From Octopus sinensis (lineage: Eukaryota), in the NCBI RefSeq assembly GCF_006345805.1, contig NW_021833748.1, positions 27,607-91,606 on the forward strand: a stretch of 64,000 bases of DNA, in the 5' to 3' direction. The notes under the pieces are model-generated. The model had not been told where the DNA came from, ran no database searches, and worked only from the letters and a program-made list of their open reading frames with translations. This document shows positions 1 through 13,189 of this stretch, piece after piece. Both the position numbers and the translations under genes were made by a program. The number at the start of each line of letters is the position of its first letter. Position 1 is the first letter of the stretch.

Positions 1-527
1 CGTACGTTTCAAGATTAGTCAACTCGACACTTCTATCATTAGCTCAGAACTCCTTGGTTTGGATTTGAAAACACTGAAAGTGGGAGCATACCCTTTCGGC
101 TTCTTATCGCTTCTGAAGATCTGCTCGAAACTAACAGTGCCAGCAAACTCAAATATGCAAGCGAAGAATTTCTGCTCTCCCCTTCCACCAGCGTGGGTTA
201 AAATCAGTAAACACTATGCTTTTTTGGTAAAATACCGAGGCATTAAATAGAGAGAGATGAATTATAATTTCAACAATGAGGGTAAAATTAATTAATTATT
301 AATCAATTTCACCAAGTATTCAAATAAACTTTGCATTTGATTTTTTAATGTCTTTACCCCCATACTTTCGTGAGTTGAATTGAGCAAACACTATATGAGA
401 GAGGTTTTCTTTAAGTATTAGAAATAGTTTAAAAAAGTTTTTTAGCTACTATTTCTAATGAGTTCAGTATGCGGCAAAGTAATTATTTTACTAAGCCCTT
501 TTATATAATGTAATAATTTTATATATA

Positions 528-575
<48 letters not shown>

Positions 576-585
576 TATATATACA

Positions 586-617
<32 letters not shown>

Positions 618-729
618 CAAGCCTGTCGCTTAGCCAGCGGGGTGGCGTCATTTGAAGGCTAAAACAATGCGAAGCGCATTGTGACTAGCGATGTGTAGCA
701 ACATCTGATAGCCTGGTCGGTCACGGCGA
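618..729. repeat. Short interspersed repeat fragment between (TACA)n and (TA)n
   Basis: About 110 bp GC-richer island (gcctgtcgcttagccagcggggtggcgtc...ggtcggtcacggcga) bounded by microsatellite on both sides; family not assigned. Confidence 0.35.
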
Positions 730-755
730 TATATATATATATATATATATACATA

Positions 756-866
756 TATACGACAGGCTTCTTTCAGTTTCCGTCTACCAAATCCATTCAC
801 TAGGCTTTGGTTGGTCCGAGGCTATAATAGAAGGCACTTACCTAAGGTGCCATGATACTGAACTAT
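756..866 (-). mobile_element. SINE-A fragment
   Basis: Matches the reverse complement of the cttctttcagtttccgtctaccaaatcc segment shared by all SINE-A copies in the window. Confidence 0.75.
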
Positions 867-972
867 GAGTAACAGTTTTTGAGATATTTTTGCTGCTTTT
901 TAATAAAGCATATTACTCTGCCTCCGGTATTCGAGTACTATTTTTCCACTTTGTTTCGCATTTATGTGCGTA
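867..972 (+). mobile_element. Fragment (arm plus tail) of the HHR element family seen at 8001-8205
   Basis: gagtaacag...gctgcttttaataaagcatattactct...tactctggtat aligns with 8093-8202 and ends at the same tail position before a microsatellite. Confidence 0.7.
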
Positions 973-984
973 CTCTGGTATGTG

Positions 985-1563
985 TGTATATATGAGTGCG
1001 TGTGTGTGTATATATATATATATGTATATATGCATACACACATATATATACATACATTCATACCTACATACATATTTACATACTTGTATACATACACACA
1101 CACACATACATACATATATACACACATACATACATACACACATACATACATATATACATACATACATACACACATACATACATACATACATACACACATA
1201 CATACATACATACATACACACATACATACATACATACATATATACATACACACACATACATACATACATACATACATATATACATATATACATAAATACA
1301 TACATACATACATACACACATACATACATACATACATACACACATACATACATACATACATACATACATACATACATACATACACACATACATACATACA
1401 TACATACATACACACACACATACATACTTACATACATATATACAAACATACATACATACACACATACACACATACATACATACATGCATTCATACCTACA
1501 TACACATATATACATACATGTATACATACACACACACACACATACATACATACATACACACAC

Positions 1564-1596
<33 letters not shown>

Positions 1597-1919
1597 CATA
1601 CATACATACATACATACATACACACCACATACATACATACATACATACATACATACATACATACATACATAGATACATACATACATACATACATACATAC
1701 ATGTATACACACACACATACATACATACATACATAGATACATACATACATACATACATACATACATGTATACACACACACATACATACATACATTGATAC
1801 CTACATACATATATACATACATGTATACATACACACACACATACATACATACATACATACATACATACATACATACACACATACGTACACACACACACAT
1901 ACATACATACATACATACA

Positions 1920-1949
<30 letters not shown>
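985..1949. repeat. (CATA)n/(CA)n/(TA)n compound microsatellite
   Basis: Direct inspection; source of the HTYI and MYVC ORFs. Confidence 0.98.
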
Positions 1950-1950
<1 letters not shown>

Positions 1951-2186
1951 GAAGACTAATCTACATGGCTCTGTTACCATTCTTGAAGTTCTCTAAAATA
2001 AATTTGATAATTACACCATTCCTCGGATCTAGATGGGATTATTATTTCAAGGAAGAAATAACTGAAATATTCCTGGTAGCTTCTGGCAGCGGACCAATAC
2101 GAGACGTCTTTGAATTCCGACAATTACCGTGTTATTCCACGGAATATTCTGGATAATTATACCGCTTATAACTATGTTGCAATTGT

Positions 2187-2201
2187 GGTAGTGACGATGA
2201 C

Positions 2202-2242
<41 letters not shown>

Positions 2243-2283
2243 GGATGATGAGGATGGTGGTGATGATGATGATGATGATGACG

Positions 2284-2315
<32 letters not shown>

Positions 2316-2550
2316 GATGATCATGGTGATGATGATGATGATGATGATGATGACTATAACGATGATGAGGATGATGATGACGACGACGATGATGATGATG
2401 TTGAAGATGGTAATGACTATGATGATGATGATCATGATGATCTTAATGGTGATGATGATGATGATGATGATGAAGATGGTAATGACTATGATGATGAAGA
2501 TGATGATGACGACGATGGTGATGATGATGATGATGAAGATGGTAATGACT

Positions 2551-2584
<34 letters not shown>

Positions 2585-2682
2585 CGATGATGATGATGAT
2601 GATGATGAAGATGGTAATGACTATGATGATGATGATGATGATGATAATGATGATGATGATGATGATGAAGATGGTAATGACT

Positions 2683-2740
<58 letters not shown>

Positions 2741-2885
2741 CGATGATGATGATGATGATGATGAAGATGATGACGAAGACGTGGAGGAGGACAAGGAAGA
2801 GGAGGAAATGGAGGACGACACACGGCGACGACGAACACGATGACGATGAGGATGTTGGCGATGACGATGACGATGTTGGTGGTGT

Positions 2886-2916
<31 letters not shown>

Positions 2917-3225
2917 CATGGTGATTAGGATGATGATGATGATGTTGATCATGATGATTATGATAACTATAATGATAATGATGATGATGATGATGATGAA
3001 GATGATGTTCATGATGATTATGATAACGATGATGATGACGGTGATAGCAAAGTAGTAGTAGTAGTAGTAGTGGTGGTGGTGGTAGTGGTGGTGGTGGTGG
3101 ATTTGGTGGTGTTGGTGTTGGTGGTGGTGAAGGTGGTGGTGGTGTAGGTAGTGGTGGTGGTGGTGGTGGTGGTGGTGGTGGTGGTAGTAGTAGTAGTAGT
3201 ATTTGTAGTAGTAGTAGTAGTAATC

Positions 3226-3256
<31 letters not shown>

Positions 3257-3258
3257 TT
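2187..3258. repeat. Imperfect (GAT)n followed by (TAG/TGG/TTG)n trinucleotide tract
   Basis: Direct inspection; the right end reads (CAA)n-like on the minus strand, directly after the stop codon of the LINE at 3259. Confidence 0.95.
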
Positions 3259-4510
3259 GGTCACCTCAAGCGCCTGAGAATAACTCTCAGAAGCGCTAGA
3301 GCCGCGGAAGGGAGACGAACCATCTCATCCATTGTAGCCCCTATTTGGCGGATATAGCGTTCCACCATCAGGGCCGGACATCTCAGCCAGAGTTGTTCTG
3401 CAGATTCCACCTCCTCGTTACAGAGTCTGCATTGGTCTGTGTCGCTGCGTCCTGTCATCTTTTGCCACCGCCTGAGTGCCAGATGATGACCACCACTACG
3501 GGAGCGTATCATGTCTGTGAAGTCTGCCTTCAAGAGGGCAGCTTCGGTTCTTTCATCCGGCTTCTTCGTGAAGACTTCCTTCAGATGGAGGTGTTGAATT
3601 GGCGTTGGCTGGAACGTTTGACGAATAACTGTCTGACGTATGGCTGTATCAATGGGGGCATCTGGTTGTGGCAGCGCCAAGCCATGTTTCGCCTGCATAT
3701 CTGCGAGTTCATTGCCGTGGAGGTTGCACCCAAATCACCGTCAAAATCTTGCCAGCTGCTACCAGGGCTGCTGTTTGTTGCAATTCTCTAATCACCGGGT
3801 CTTGCTGCTGTTGTAGTATTAACATTAGTTACATAACTGAGCGAGCATTCAATACTCAGAGGTTCAGCGTGGTGGCCATTTAATTTCACCACCTGACAGC
3901 AAATGGCACTATGCAATGTGGTGATCCAGCTCCGGTGAAACGCTATTGAAACGCTGCGATCATCTGTTTGGGATCGTAGAGCACACGTTCGCTCGCTGGT
4001 GTCCGTTACTGTCTGAATTCTTGATTTCCTTGCCGTGTTGTACCTCCACTATCTGGGTCCAACTAACGGCTCTTGAGACTTCATGTTTCAGCGGCAATCG
4101 CAACCTAGCTCGGGTAACGCAACCTTCGTGCTTCACGTCGAAAAAATGATCCAGTGCCGTTGCCGCCACCAGCATATCTTTTGTAATCCCTTTCCCAGGG
4201 GCCCCTTCTAAGTTTATTTTCTATTCTCTTGTCTTCTGATGCAATCTCTTTGCTAAAACTAACTCTTTCACTCTGAATTTCCATTACAGGGAAACCCACA
4301 ACCTGCTGTGGATGATAGCTCCCGTCGTTTATCGCTAAACTAGTCTATTAATCCGTTTCTTGAAATCTTTCCGCGCTGGAAAGGACATAATTATCTTCCA
4401 GTTCCAGGGTCCTTATCTAATTGTCTTTCTCTAAGTTGACTGTAAGGGTCCCGAATTTGTGATCTGAATAAACAACGATCTGCAAGTAAAGGTAACTTTT
4501 ATTATGCCTG
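3259..4510 (-). mobile_element. I-group non-LTR retrotransposon 3' fragment with RNase H and C-terminal zinc-knuckle relic
   Basis: Minus strand gives HGNELADMQAKHG (RNase H GNExAD motif) and CRLCNEEVESAEQLWLRCPAL (C-terminal CCHC-type knuckle with H to Q); stop at 3261 followed by simple-repeat tail; upstream part frameshifted. Confidence 0.8.
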
Positions 4511-4528
4511 TCTGCTACCCAAATAAAT

Positions 4529-4913
4529 GGAAGCACTCCGTCGGTTACGAGGATGAGGGTTCCAGTTGATCCGAATCAACGGAACAGCCTGCTCGTGAAA
4601 TTAACGTGTAAGTGGCTGAGCACTCCACAGACACGTGCACCCTTAATGTAGTTCTCGGGGATATTCAGCGTGACACAGAGAGTGACAAGGCCGGCCCCTT
4701 GAAATACAGGTACAACAGAAACAGGAAGTAAGAGTGAGAAAAAGTTGTGGTGAAAGAGTACAGCAGGGATCACCACCATCCCCTGTCGGAGCCTCGTGGA
4801 GCTTTTAGGTGTTTTCGCTCAATAAACACTCACAACGCCCAGTCTGGGAATCGAAACCGCGATCCTATGACCGCGAGTCCGCTGCCTTAGCCACTGGGCC
4901 ATTGCGCCTCCAC
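4529..4913 (-). mobile_element. SINE-C, full length, 12-bp TSD
   Basis: tRNA-like head ggaggcgcaatggcccagtgg...gtttcgattccc; TSD acccaaataaat at 4517-4528 and 4914-4925. Confidence 0.92.
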
Positions 4914-4960
4914 ACCCAAATAAATACCTTAGGTATGGCTTAGATGACCAATAATAATAA

Positions 4961-5522
4961 ATGCCCTGATGCAATACCAGGCAGTGACTCTCGTGGTTTT
5001 TGATCTTAACTGATTGGTTGTGTTATCATGTACATTGTTTTTGTATAAAAACCATTATCTTGGTATAAAAGTTGGGCTACACAAATATTCTGCTCAATAC
5101 CACAGATTTGCTTGTCAGTTGTTTGACCTTAACCAGTTGAGCATGTCCCTTGGTGGCTGACGATGTGTGCATCTCTGATCACGAGCAGAAGTTGTGGGGG
5201 AGCATCATGGCCATGTGTTGAGAGGGATTCTTTGGGGTTTGAATAATTCACCTCTGGAAACATGGGTGGTTATTTCAACATCCTTAAACAACCCTTATTC
5301 AGGGACCTTTTGAGCGGGATGGGCTACTCAACCTGAAGAAAGTTCTAACTGGGCCCCACCTGCAAGGTCATGTGGTGTTTATCTTGATATGAGATCACCA
5401 TGTCGCGCACATATGGTTGTGATGCATGTGCCTAGTGTACCCTTATCAGACGGGTAGTCATGATGGGTAGACTGGGCTTCGTATATTTTACCCCAGTGTC
5501 ACTTTGATGGCATGAACTGCTC
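4961..5522 (-). mobile_element. LINE 3' UTR inserted in (TAA)n, R4/Dong-like
   Basis: Minus strand ends ...ctgcctggtattgcatcagggcatt(tat)n and both flanks are (TAA)n; R4/Dong elements are known to target TAA repeats; no coding evidence, so clade is inferred. Confidence 0.55.
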
Positions 5523-5530
5523 ACTCACTC

Positions 5531-5549
5531 AATAATAATAATAATAATA

Positions 5550-5605
<56 letters not shown>

Positions 5606-5609
5606 AATA

Positions 5610-5669
<60 letters not shown>

Positions 5670-5699
5670 GTAATAATAATAATAATAGTAATAATAATA

Positions 5700-5734
<35 letters not shown>

Positions 5735-5828
5735 AATAATAATAATAATGATGATGATGATGATGATGATGATGATAATGATGATGATGATGATGATGAT
5801 GATGATAATAATAATAATGATAATAATG
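5531..5828. repeat. (AAT)n/(GAT)n microsatellite
   Basis: Direct inspection. Confidence 0.97.
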
Positions 5829-6172
5829 TAAACCAGATTGACAATGAACCAGCCTTTCTATACAGATTGTCTGTAGTATGTTGATACTGTAAACGAACAA
5901 TTGAGAAGAATGTTACGTTGAGGCAAGTAGCTTTGTTAACGGACTTCTGTTTATAAAATAATGCGTCAAGGAAACCTTGAACGGATAAAAAAAAAACAAT
6001 AACACAGACGAGTAATATCAAGTTGATGATGGAACAAGAGATGTGAGAATTAGACTAAACACTGATGTACGAATTATTTTAGTATCAGTGAACGTAGAAA
6101 TGTTATGAGAGAAATGCTAGAGATGCATTAGGTTAAAACTTAATGGCCGAAATATGTTAATATTTGTCGGTA

Positions 6173-7912
6173 ATTAAGTTGTTTTATTGATAGATTTACA
6201 GTTGTACTCTTTTACCCTTTTTTACTTGTTTCAGTCGTTTGAATGCGGCCTTGCTGGAGCACCGCCTTTAGTCGAGCAACTCGATCCCAGGACTATATTC
6301 TTTGTAAGCCCAGTACTTATTCTATCGGTTTCTTTCGTTGAACCGCTAAGTAACGGGGACATAAATACACCAGCATCGGTTGTCAAGCAATGCTAGGGGG
6401 ACAAACACACACACACACACACACTCATATATATATATATATACATATATACGACGGGCTTCTTTCAGTTTCCGTCTACCAAATCCACTCACAAGGCTTT
6501 GGTCGGCCCGAGGCTATAGTAGAAGACACTTGCCCAAGATGCCACGCAGTGGGATTGAACCCGAAACCATGTGGTTGGTAAACAAGCTACTTACCACACA
6601 GCCACTTAAGTGTTTTATTGATAGATTTACAGTTGTACTCTTTTACCCTTTTTTACTTGTTTCAGTCGTTTGAATGCGGCCTTGCTGGAGCACCGCCTTT
6701 AGTCGAGCAACTCGATCCCAGACTATATTCTTTGTAAGCCCAGTACTTATTCTATCGTTTCTTTCTTTCGTTGAACCGCTAAGTAACGGGGACATAAATA
6801 CACCAGCATCGGTTGTCAAGCAATGCTAGGGGGACAAACACACACACACACACACACTCATATATATATATATATACATATATACGACGGGCTTCTTTCA
6901 GTTTCCGTCTACCAAATCCACTCACAAGGCTTTGGTCGGCCCGAGGCTATAGTAGAAGACACTTGCCCAAGATGCCACGCAGTGGGATTGAACCCGAAAC
7001 CATGTGGTTGGTAAACAAGCTACTTACCACACAGCCACTTAAGTTGTTTTATTGATAGATTTACAGTTGTACTCTTTTACCCTTTTACTTGTTTCAGTCA
7101 TTTGAATGCGGCCTTGCTGGAGTACCGCCTTTAGTCCAGAAAATCGACCCCAGGACTTTTTCTTTTGTAAGCCCAGTACTTATTCTATTCGTCTCTTTTG
7201 CCGAACCGCTAAGTAACGGGGACGTAAATACACCAGCATCGGTTGTCAAGCAATGCTAGGGGGACAAACACAGACACACACACACACACTCATATATATA
7301 TATACATATATACGACGGGCTTCTTTCAGTTTCTGTCTACCAAAACCACTCACAAGGCTTTGGTCGGCCCGAGGCTATAGTAGAAGACACTTGCCCAAAA
7401 TGCCACGCAGTGGGACTGAACCCGGAACCATGTGGCTGGTAAACAAGCTACTTACCACACAACCACTTAAGTTGTTTTATTGATAGATTTGCAGTTGTAC
7501 TCTTTTACCCTTTTTTACTTGTTTCAGTCATTTGAATGCGGCCTTGCTGGAGCACCGCCTTTAGTCGAGCAAATCGAGCAACTCGGGACTTATTCTTTGT
7601 AAGCCCAGTACTTATTCTATCGGTCTCTTTCGTTGAACCACTAATTAACAGGGACATAAACACACCAGCATTGGTTGTCAAGCGATGTTGGGGGAGAGAC
7701 AAACACACACACAAACATATACATACACATACATATATATATATATTATATATATATATATATATACATACGACGGGCTTCTTTCAGCTTCCATCTACCA
7801 AATCTACTCACAAGGCCCGAGGCTATAGTAAAAGACACTTGCCCAAGGTGCTACGCAGTGGGATTGAACTTTGAACCATGTAGTTCCTAAGCAAGCTACT
7901 TGCCACACAGTC
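6173..7912 (-). mobile_element. Four tandem SINE-A copies, each with about 30 bp of shared flank (period about 430 bp)
   Basis: Repeating unit taagttgttttattgatagatttacagttg + SINE-A; track ORFs recur at 6390, 6823, 7253; fourth copy more diverged. Confidence 0.92.
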
Positions 7913-7940
7913 ATACCTACATATATATACATATAATATA

Positions 7941-7994
<54 letters not shown>

Positions 7995-8000
7995 TATATA

Positions 8001-8205
8001 TACTTTATTTAAAGCAGCAAAAATTCAACAAAACCTGTTACTCTGAGTTTACGTTGCCGTTCGTCGGACAGTTTTTGCTAGAATGGAACCGATAACAGGT
8101 TTTGTTGAATTTTCTGCTGCTTTAAATAAAGTATATTACTCTACCACTGGTATTGAGTGTACTCTTTTTTCCACCTTGTTTCACATTATGTTTACTCCGG
8201 TATTA
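8001..8205 (-). mobile_element. (TA)n-flanked fold-back element carrying an HHR
   Basis: Inverted arms 8001-8040 and 8093-8134, spacer, about 70-nt one-sided tail, (TA)n on both sides. Confidence 0.8.
8030..8076 (-). ncRNA. Type I hammerhead relic (U4C, G12 missing)
   Basis: Minus: AAAA-A-CTGT CCGACGA ACG-GCAA-CGT -AA ACT-CAG-AGT A ACAG-G-TTTT; stems I, II and III all pair, GUA triplet. Confidence 0.7.
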
Positions 8206-8230
8206 TATATATATATATATTATATATATA

Positions 8231-8273
<43 letters not shown>

Positions 8274-8455
8274 TATATATGGTGTGTGTGTGTGTGTGTG
8301 TGTGTTGTGTGTAACAGGCAGATACGAATAGATAGATAGATAGATAGATAAGAAGCAAAGACCTAAACCTTTACTACGATCAGGTGATCGTAGTAAACGA
8401 CAATGAATAGAATTCCATGTCACAAACGGAATAGAGACAGTTATTTTCTCACAGA

Positions 8456-8489
8456 CTGACCAGATGTTCCGACTTTTGTCCCTTCAGAG
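8456..8489 (-). ncRNA. Possible decayed minimal hammerhead (A9G, A13G)
   Basis: Minus: CT CTGAAGG GAC-AAAA-GTC GGA AC-ATCTG-GT C AG; stem I only 2 bp. Confidence 0.4.
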
Positions 8490-8994
8490 AAGTTTAAATT
8501 TATATATGTGCGTATGAAAATTCATATAACATGCACGTATGTGTGTATGTGACAGTGCGTGTTTCTACACATAAGCACATAATCTTTTCGAAAATATAAA
8601 AATGGGCCAAACTGAAGACCCTGGTGTTGGAGAGAACTAACGTTGTGAAATTAGGGAGTGTTTTCCAGATTCCAGACGAAGTAATTTTTCCATTTAATGA
8701 ATGGCATCGAAAGACCAGAATACAAAGAGACTTTTTCTGAACAGAACGTGTAAACGGAACCTTTTAGATTACATCAATAATAGAGGTTTATATTATTTTA
8801 GATGCTAAGAATTTGGGTAAGCGTTAAATGCCATGATGTGGGAATGGAAGGAGGTGGAGAGGGAGAAGAAGTACAAGCCCACACAACAGGATTTTGGCAG
8901 TTTAGCAAGAATAAATATAAAAGCAAATGAAAGTATTTAATGACGAAAAGAATTTAATTGGTATATACATTCACACATATTTTAATACTACGAC

Positions 8995-9164
8995 TTATAT
9001 ATATATATATATACATATATATACATATATATATGTATATATATGTATGTATATATATATGATGTATATATATATATATATATATACATCATATATATAC
9101 ATACATAGATTCATAGATAATGCATAAATACACACACACATATATATATGTATATATATATGTG

Positions 9165-9211
<47 letters not shown>

Positions 9212-9314
9212 GTGTGTATATATATATATACATCATATATATACATACATAGATTCATAGATTATGCATAAATACACACACACATATTTATATATGTATA
9301 TATATATATACGTG

Positions 9315-9361
<47 letters not shown>

Positions 9362-9508
9362 GTGTGTATATATATATAAATATATATACATACATAGATT
9401 CATAGATAATGCATAATTACACACGCACATATATATATGTATATGTATATATATACGTGTATATGTATATGTATATGTATATATGTGTATACATATATAT
9501 ATATGTGT

Positions 9509-9549
<41 letters not shown>

Positions 9550-9550
9550 G

Positions 9551-9587
<37 letters not shown>

Positions 9588-10030
9588 ATGTGCTCACACA
9601 CAACGGCACACACAAAGACACGCACACATACTTGTATATATATATTCTATCTATAGAAATATGCGTGTGCTGGGATATATAGTAATTAATTTATCGTTAT
9701 AATTCATTCATAGGCATATCAATTACCTCTGCAATGCATAATATGCAGATGTATTAACATATACACATTTGACTATTTATACATCATATGTATGTAATTA
9801 CAAGCATATATATTTGCATGTATATATATATAAGAGAGAGAGAGAGAGAGGGAGATACTTGCATTTGCGTGTGCGGTAATTATGTTCATATGATGTACAA
9901 ATGTATAAGTAGCAACGGACGTGTATAATTACCATATATGTATTTATATATACATACATATACATATATATATATATGTATATATATGCATACATACATG
10001 TATATGCATAGTATGTGTGTATATGTGTTT
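8995..10030. repeat. (TA)/(CA)/(TG) compound microsatellite with a 3-copy, about 145-bp higher-order unit
   Basis: atacatagattcatagatWatgcataa recurs at about 9101, 9245 and 9390. Confidence 0.9.
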
Positions 10031-10188
10031 CTTTCTATGTATGTGTATTTGAAGACTCCTAATTGTGCAGTTTTAGGTACGAGAACTTAAACAGTACACG
10101 ACCTTATATCTTATTGTGGCCCCTAACAACTGATTTTTGTAAGGGGTCACGTAAAATGACTTACTCTATCGTTTATTACATGATATAT

Positions 10189-10269
<81 letters not shown>

Positions 10270-10289
10270 TTATATAATATTATAATATA

Positions 10290-10335
<46 letters not shown>

Positions 10336-10337
<2 letters not shown>

Positions 10338-10480
10338 AGTTTAACGCGGTATAATTCAAATACTTTTACTTCCGACACATGTTTCGAAGATATTACTGAT
10401 ACCTACCCTGGGTTAACGATTTATCTGTTATCTATTTTTTCCGTGTTAATTGCTAACAAGGAAAAAGTACACTCATCTTT
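10336..10480 (-). mobile_element. (TA)n-flanked insert with the 3' half of an HHR
   Basis: Minus: aagat...atcttc GAA ACATGTGT C GGAAG (10369-10391); the CUGANGA half is cut off by the (TA)n at 10481. Confidence 0.5.
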
Positions 10481-11711
10481 ATATATATATATATATAATA
10501 TATATATGCTTATGGCTATATATGTAGGAAGATATATAGCCAAATATTTATTACTTATTTAATCCTTTGACTGTGTAATTAAAGTTCATGGTTACCCATG
10601 ATGTTAATTATCCATCAAAAAATTCGCATTTTCTGCTGCTCTAATACCATCTATCAGAAGTGGAACAGCCCACGTCTCACTTTTTTCACTAACATCATTT
10701 TTTTTTTTCTTTCTTTCATTTGTTTTTCTCCCATACACAAAATTTTTAAACTTCCGAATGCCGCAGCTAGTACCAGTCTGCTTTGTTTATCGCTAACACT
10801 ACTAACACAGCGACCTAACTTCACACGGACTTATTATATTTTGTCACACAGAATTATTTTTCTCGGCGGAATGCCGCAGGTAGTAGCAGTCTACATTGTT
10901 TACCAGTAGCGCTACTAACACATAGTGACCTGACTGAAATCCTCCAAACTGACTTATATTATTTTCCACTTTTCTTTAGAATCTTTTTTCAATAGGATTT
11001 ATATATCTTCACTGTGTGTATATTATCTTTCACTGTGAGTAGTTCAGTTCTCTGTTAGAGTTCCAGTTTTATCGGACACATTTTTCGTCGGAATCTTTTT
11101 TCAATAGGATTTATATATTTTTCACGGTGTGAAGTCGTTTTCCGTGTTAGTTTTATCTGTCCCTGCGTGTATTTCCTGATAAAAGATTTTATATCCTTTT
11201 AGAAAATTATTTTTTTTAATCCCCGTTGTACTTAAAAACTGTATTAATTTTTGAACTGTGTATATATACTTACATACATGTATGTATGTATGTATGTATG
11301 TATGTATGTATGTATGTATGTATGTGTGTATGTATGTTTGTATGTGTGTATGTATGTATGTATGTATGTATGTATGTATGTATGCATGTATATTAGTAAT
11401 CTTGTTTCGTAAAGTGACAAGTTAACATATCCTGTATTGAAACCTCGTAACCCATTGCAAAATTACACTTGCGGTTGCGCTACACTCCTTGAAAACAAGT
11501 TTAATAACGTCGTCTGTACGAAATTGTCCAATGAAAAATGAAGTGGGCATTCATCACGAATATTAACTGCGTTCCAATTCCCAAACATTTAATCAGATTT
11601 CTTCTATGCTGACAAAGCAAACTTTCATAGGACTCAACCGAATATATGAACGAATAAAGTTTCATTGTCGCCAACATTATTTACCATTTCTACACCAAAA
11701 GTGATATACAT

Positions 11712-11743
<32 letters not shown>

Positions 11744-11744
11744 G

Positions 11745-12221
11745 GGCGGCGAGCTGGTAGAAACGTTAGCACGCCGGGCGAAATTCGTAGCCGTATTTCG
11801 TCTGTCGTTACGTTCCGAGTTCAAATTCCGCCGAGGTCGACTTTGCCTTTCATCCTTTCGGGGTCGATGAATTAAGTACCTATTTCTTTATTACCCACAA
11901 GGGGCTAAACACAGAGCGGACAAACAAGGACAGACATAGGTATTAAGTCGATTAAATCGACCCCAGTGCGTAACTGGTACTTAATTTATCGACCCCGAAT
12001 GGACGAAAGGCAAAGTCGACCTTGGCGGAATTTGAACTCACAACGTAACGCAGACGAAATACCGCTAAGCATTTCGCTCGGCGTGCTAACATTTCTGTCA
12101 GCTCGCCGCCTTGTCATAAATTAAGTACCAGTTACGCACTGGGGTCGATGTAGTCGACTTAATCCCTTTGTCTGTCCTTGTTTGTCCTCTCAGTGTTTAG
12201 CCCCTTTTGGGTAGTAAAGAA

Positions 12222-12225
<4 letters not shown>
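11745..12225 (+). mobile_element. SINE-B with a full antisense SINE-B (11881-12118) nested inside
   Basis: Head ggcggcgagctgg...gagttcaaattcc; inner copy inverted; TSD aattaagtacc at 11870-11880 and 12119-12129. Confidence 0.92.
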
Positions 12226-12308
<83 letters not shown>

Positions 12309-12324
12309 TCCCCTGTCAGCATCA

Positions 12325-12447
12325 CGTAGTCATTGCAGAGGCCCTGCAATTTTCCTAAGCCCTGTAAAAGAACTCGGAAGGTTGGAAGTCCAACCAGGTC
12401 TTTCGCGACACCCTTATAACCAGAAACGTTTCAGCGCTACCCTCGTA
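12325..12447. mobile_element. Non-autonomous DNA-transposon end fragment (mariner-like), related copy at 17575-17692
   Basis: ctaagccctgtaaaagaWctcggaa...ccctcgta shared by both loci; ends in ...cctcgTA. Confidence 0.5.
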
Positions 12448-13078
12448 TGTCTGTGTGTATGTATGTATGTATGTATGTATCTATGTATGTATGCATGTAT
12501 GTATGTATGTATGTATGTATGTATGTATGTATGTATGTATGTATGTATGTATGTATGTATGTATGTGTGTATGTATGTATGTATGTATGTATGTATGTAT
12601 GTATGTATGTATGTATGCATGCATGTATGTATTATGTATGTATGTATGTATGTAGGTATGTATGTATGTATGTATGTATATTTGTATGCATGTATGTAGG
12701 TATGTATGTATGTATGTGTGTGTATGTATGTATGTGTGTATGTATGTATGTATGTATGTATGTATGTCTGTGTGTATGTATGTATGTATGTATGCATGTA
12801 TGCATGTATGTATGTATGTATGTATGTATGTAGGTATGTATGTATGTATGTATGTATATTTGTATGCATGTATGTATGTATGTATGTATGTATGCATGTA
12901 TGTATGTATGCATGTATGTATGTATGCATGTATGTATGCATGTATGCATGTATGTATGTATGTATGTATGTATGCATGTATGTATGTATGTACGTATGCA
13001 TGTATGTATGTATGTGTGTATGTATGTATGTATGTATGTATGTATGTACGTATGTATGTATGTACGTATGTATGTATG
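12445..13078. repeat. (TATG)n microsatellite
   Basis: Direct inspection. Confidence 0.98.
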
Positions 13079-13189
13079 TCTCTTCTATTTTTTAACTATT
13101 ATAAATCCTCCACTGAGGAGGAAGCCGGTTTCCAACAAAGTTACAAGGCTCCATATTTGGGATGTAGTTAACACAGACAAATTCACATT

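Noticed and set aside
1-250. GC-richer stretch with about 60-85 codon open frames on both strands; also CTGAAGA...GAAACT-AAC-AGT at 113-138
   Set aside because: No recognisable protein or convincing splice sites; HHR-like motif lacks stems I and II and has G at position 17. BLASTX would settle it
890-1948. Long HTYI, MYVC and YIYI ORFs here and at 12.2-13.2, 23.7-24.1, 27.0-27.6, 35.0-36.0, 38.5-39.1 and 46.6-47.3 kb
   Set aside because: Translations of (CATA)n, (TATG)n and (TA)n, which lack stops in several frames
13111-13150. CTGAGGA followed by a GGAAG/TTTCC hairpin
   Set aside because: GAA core missing and no stem I
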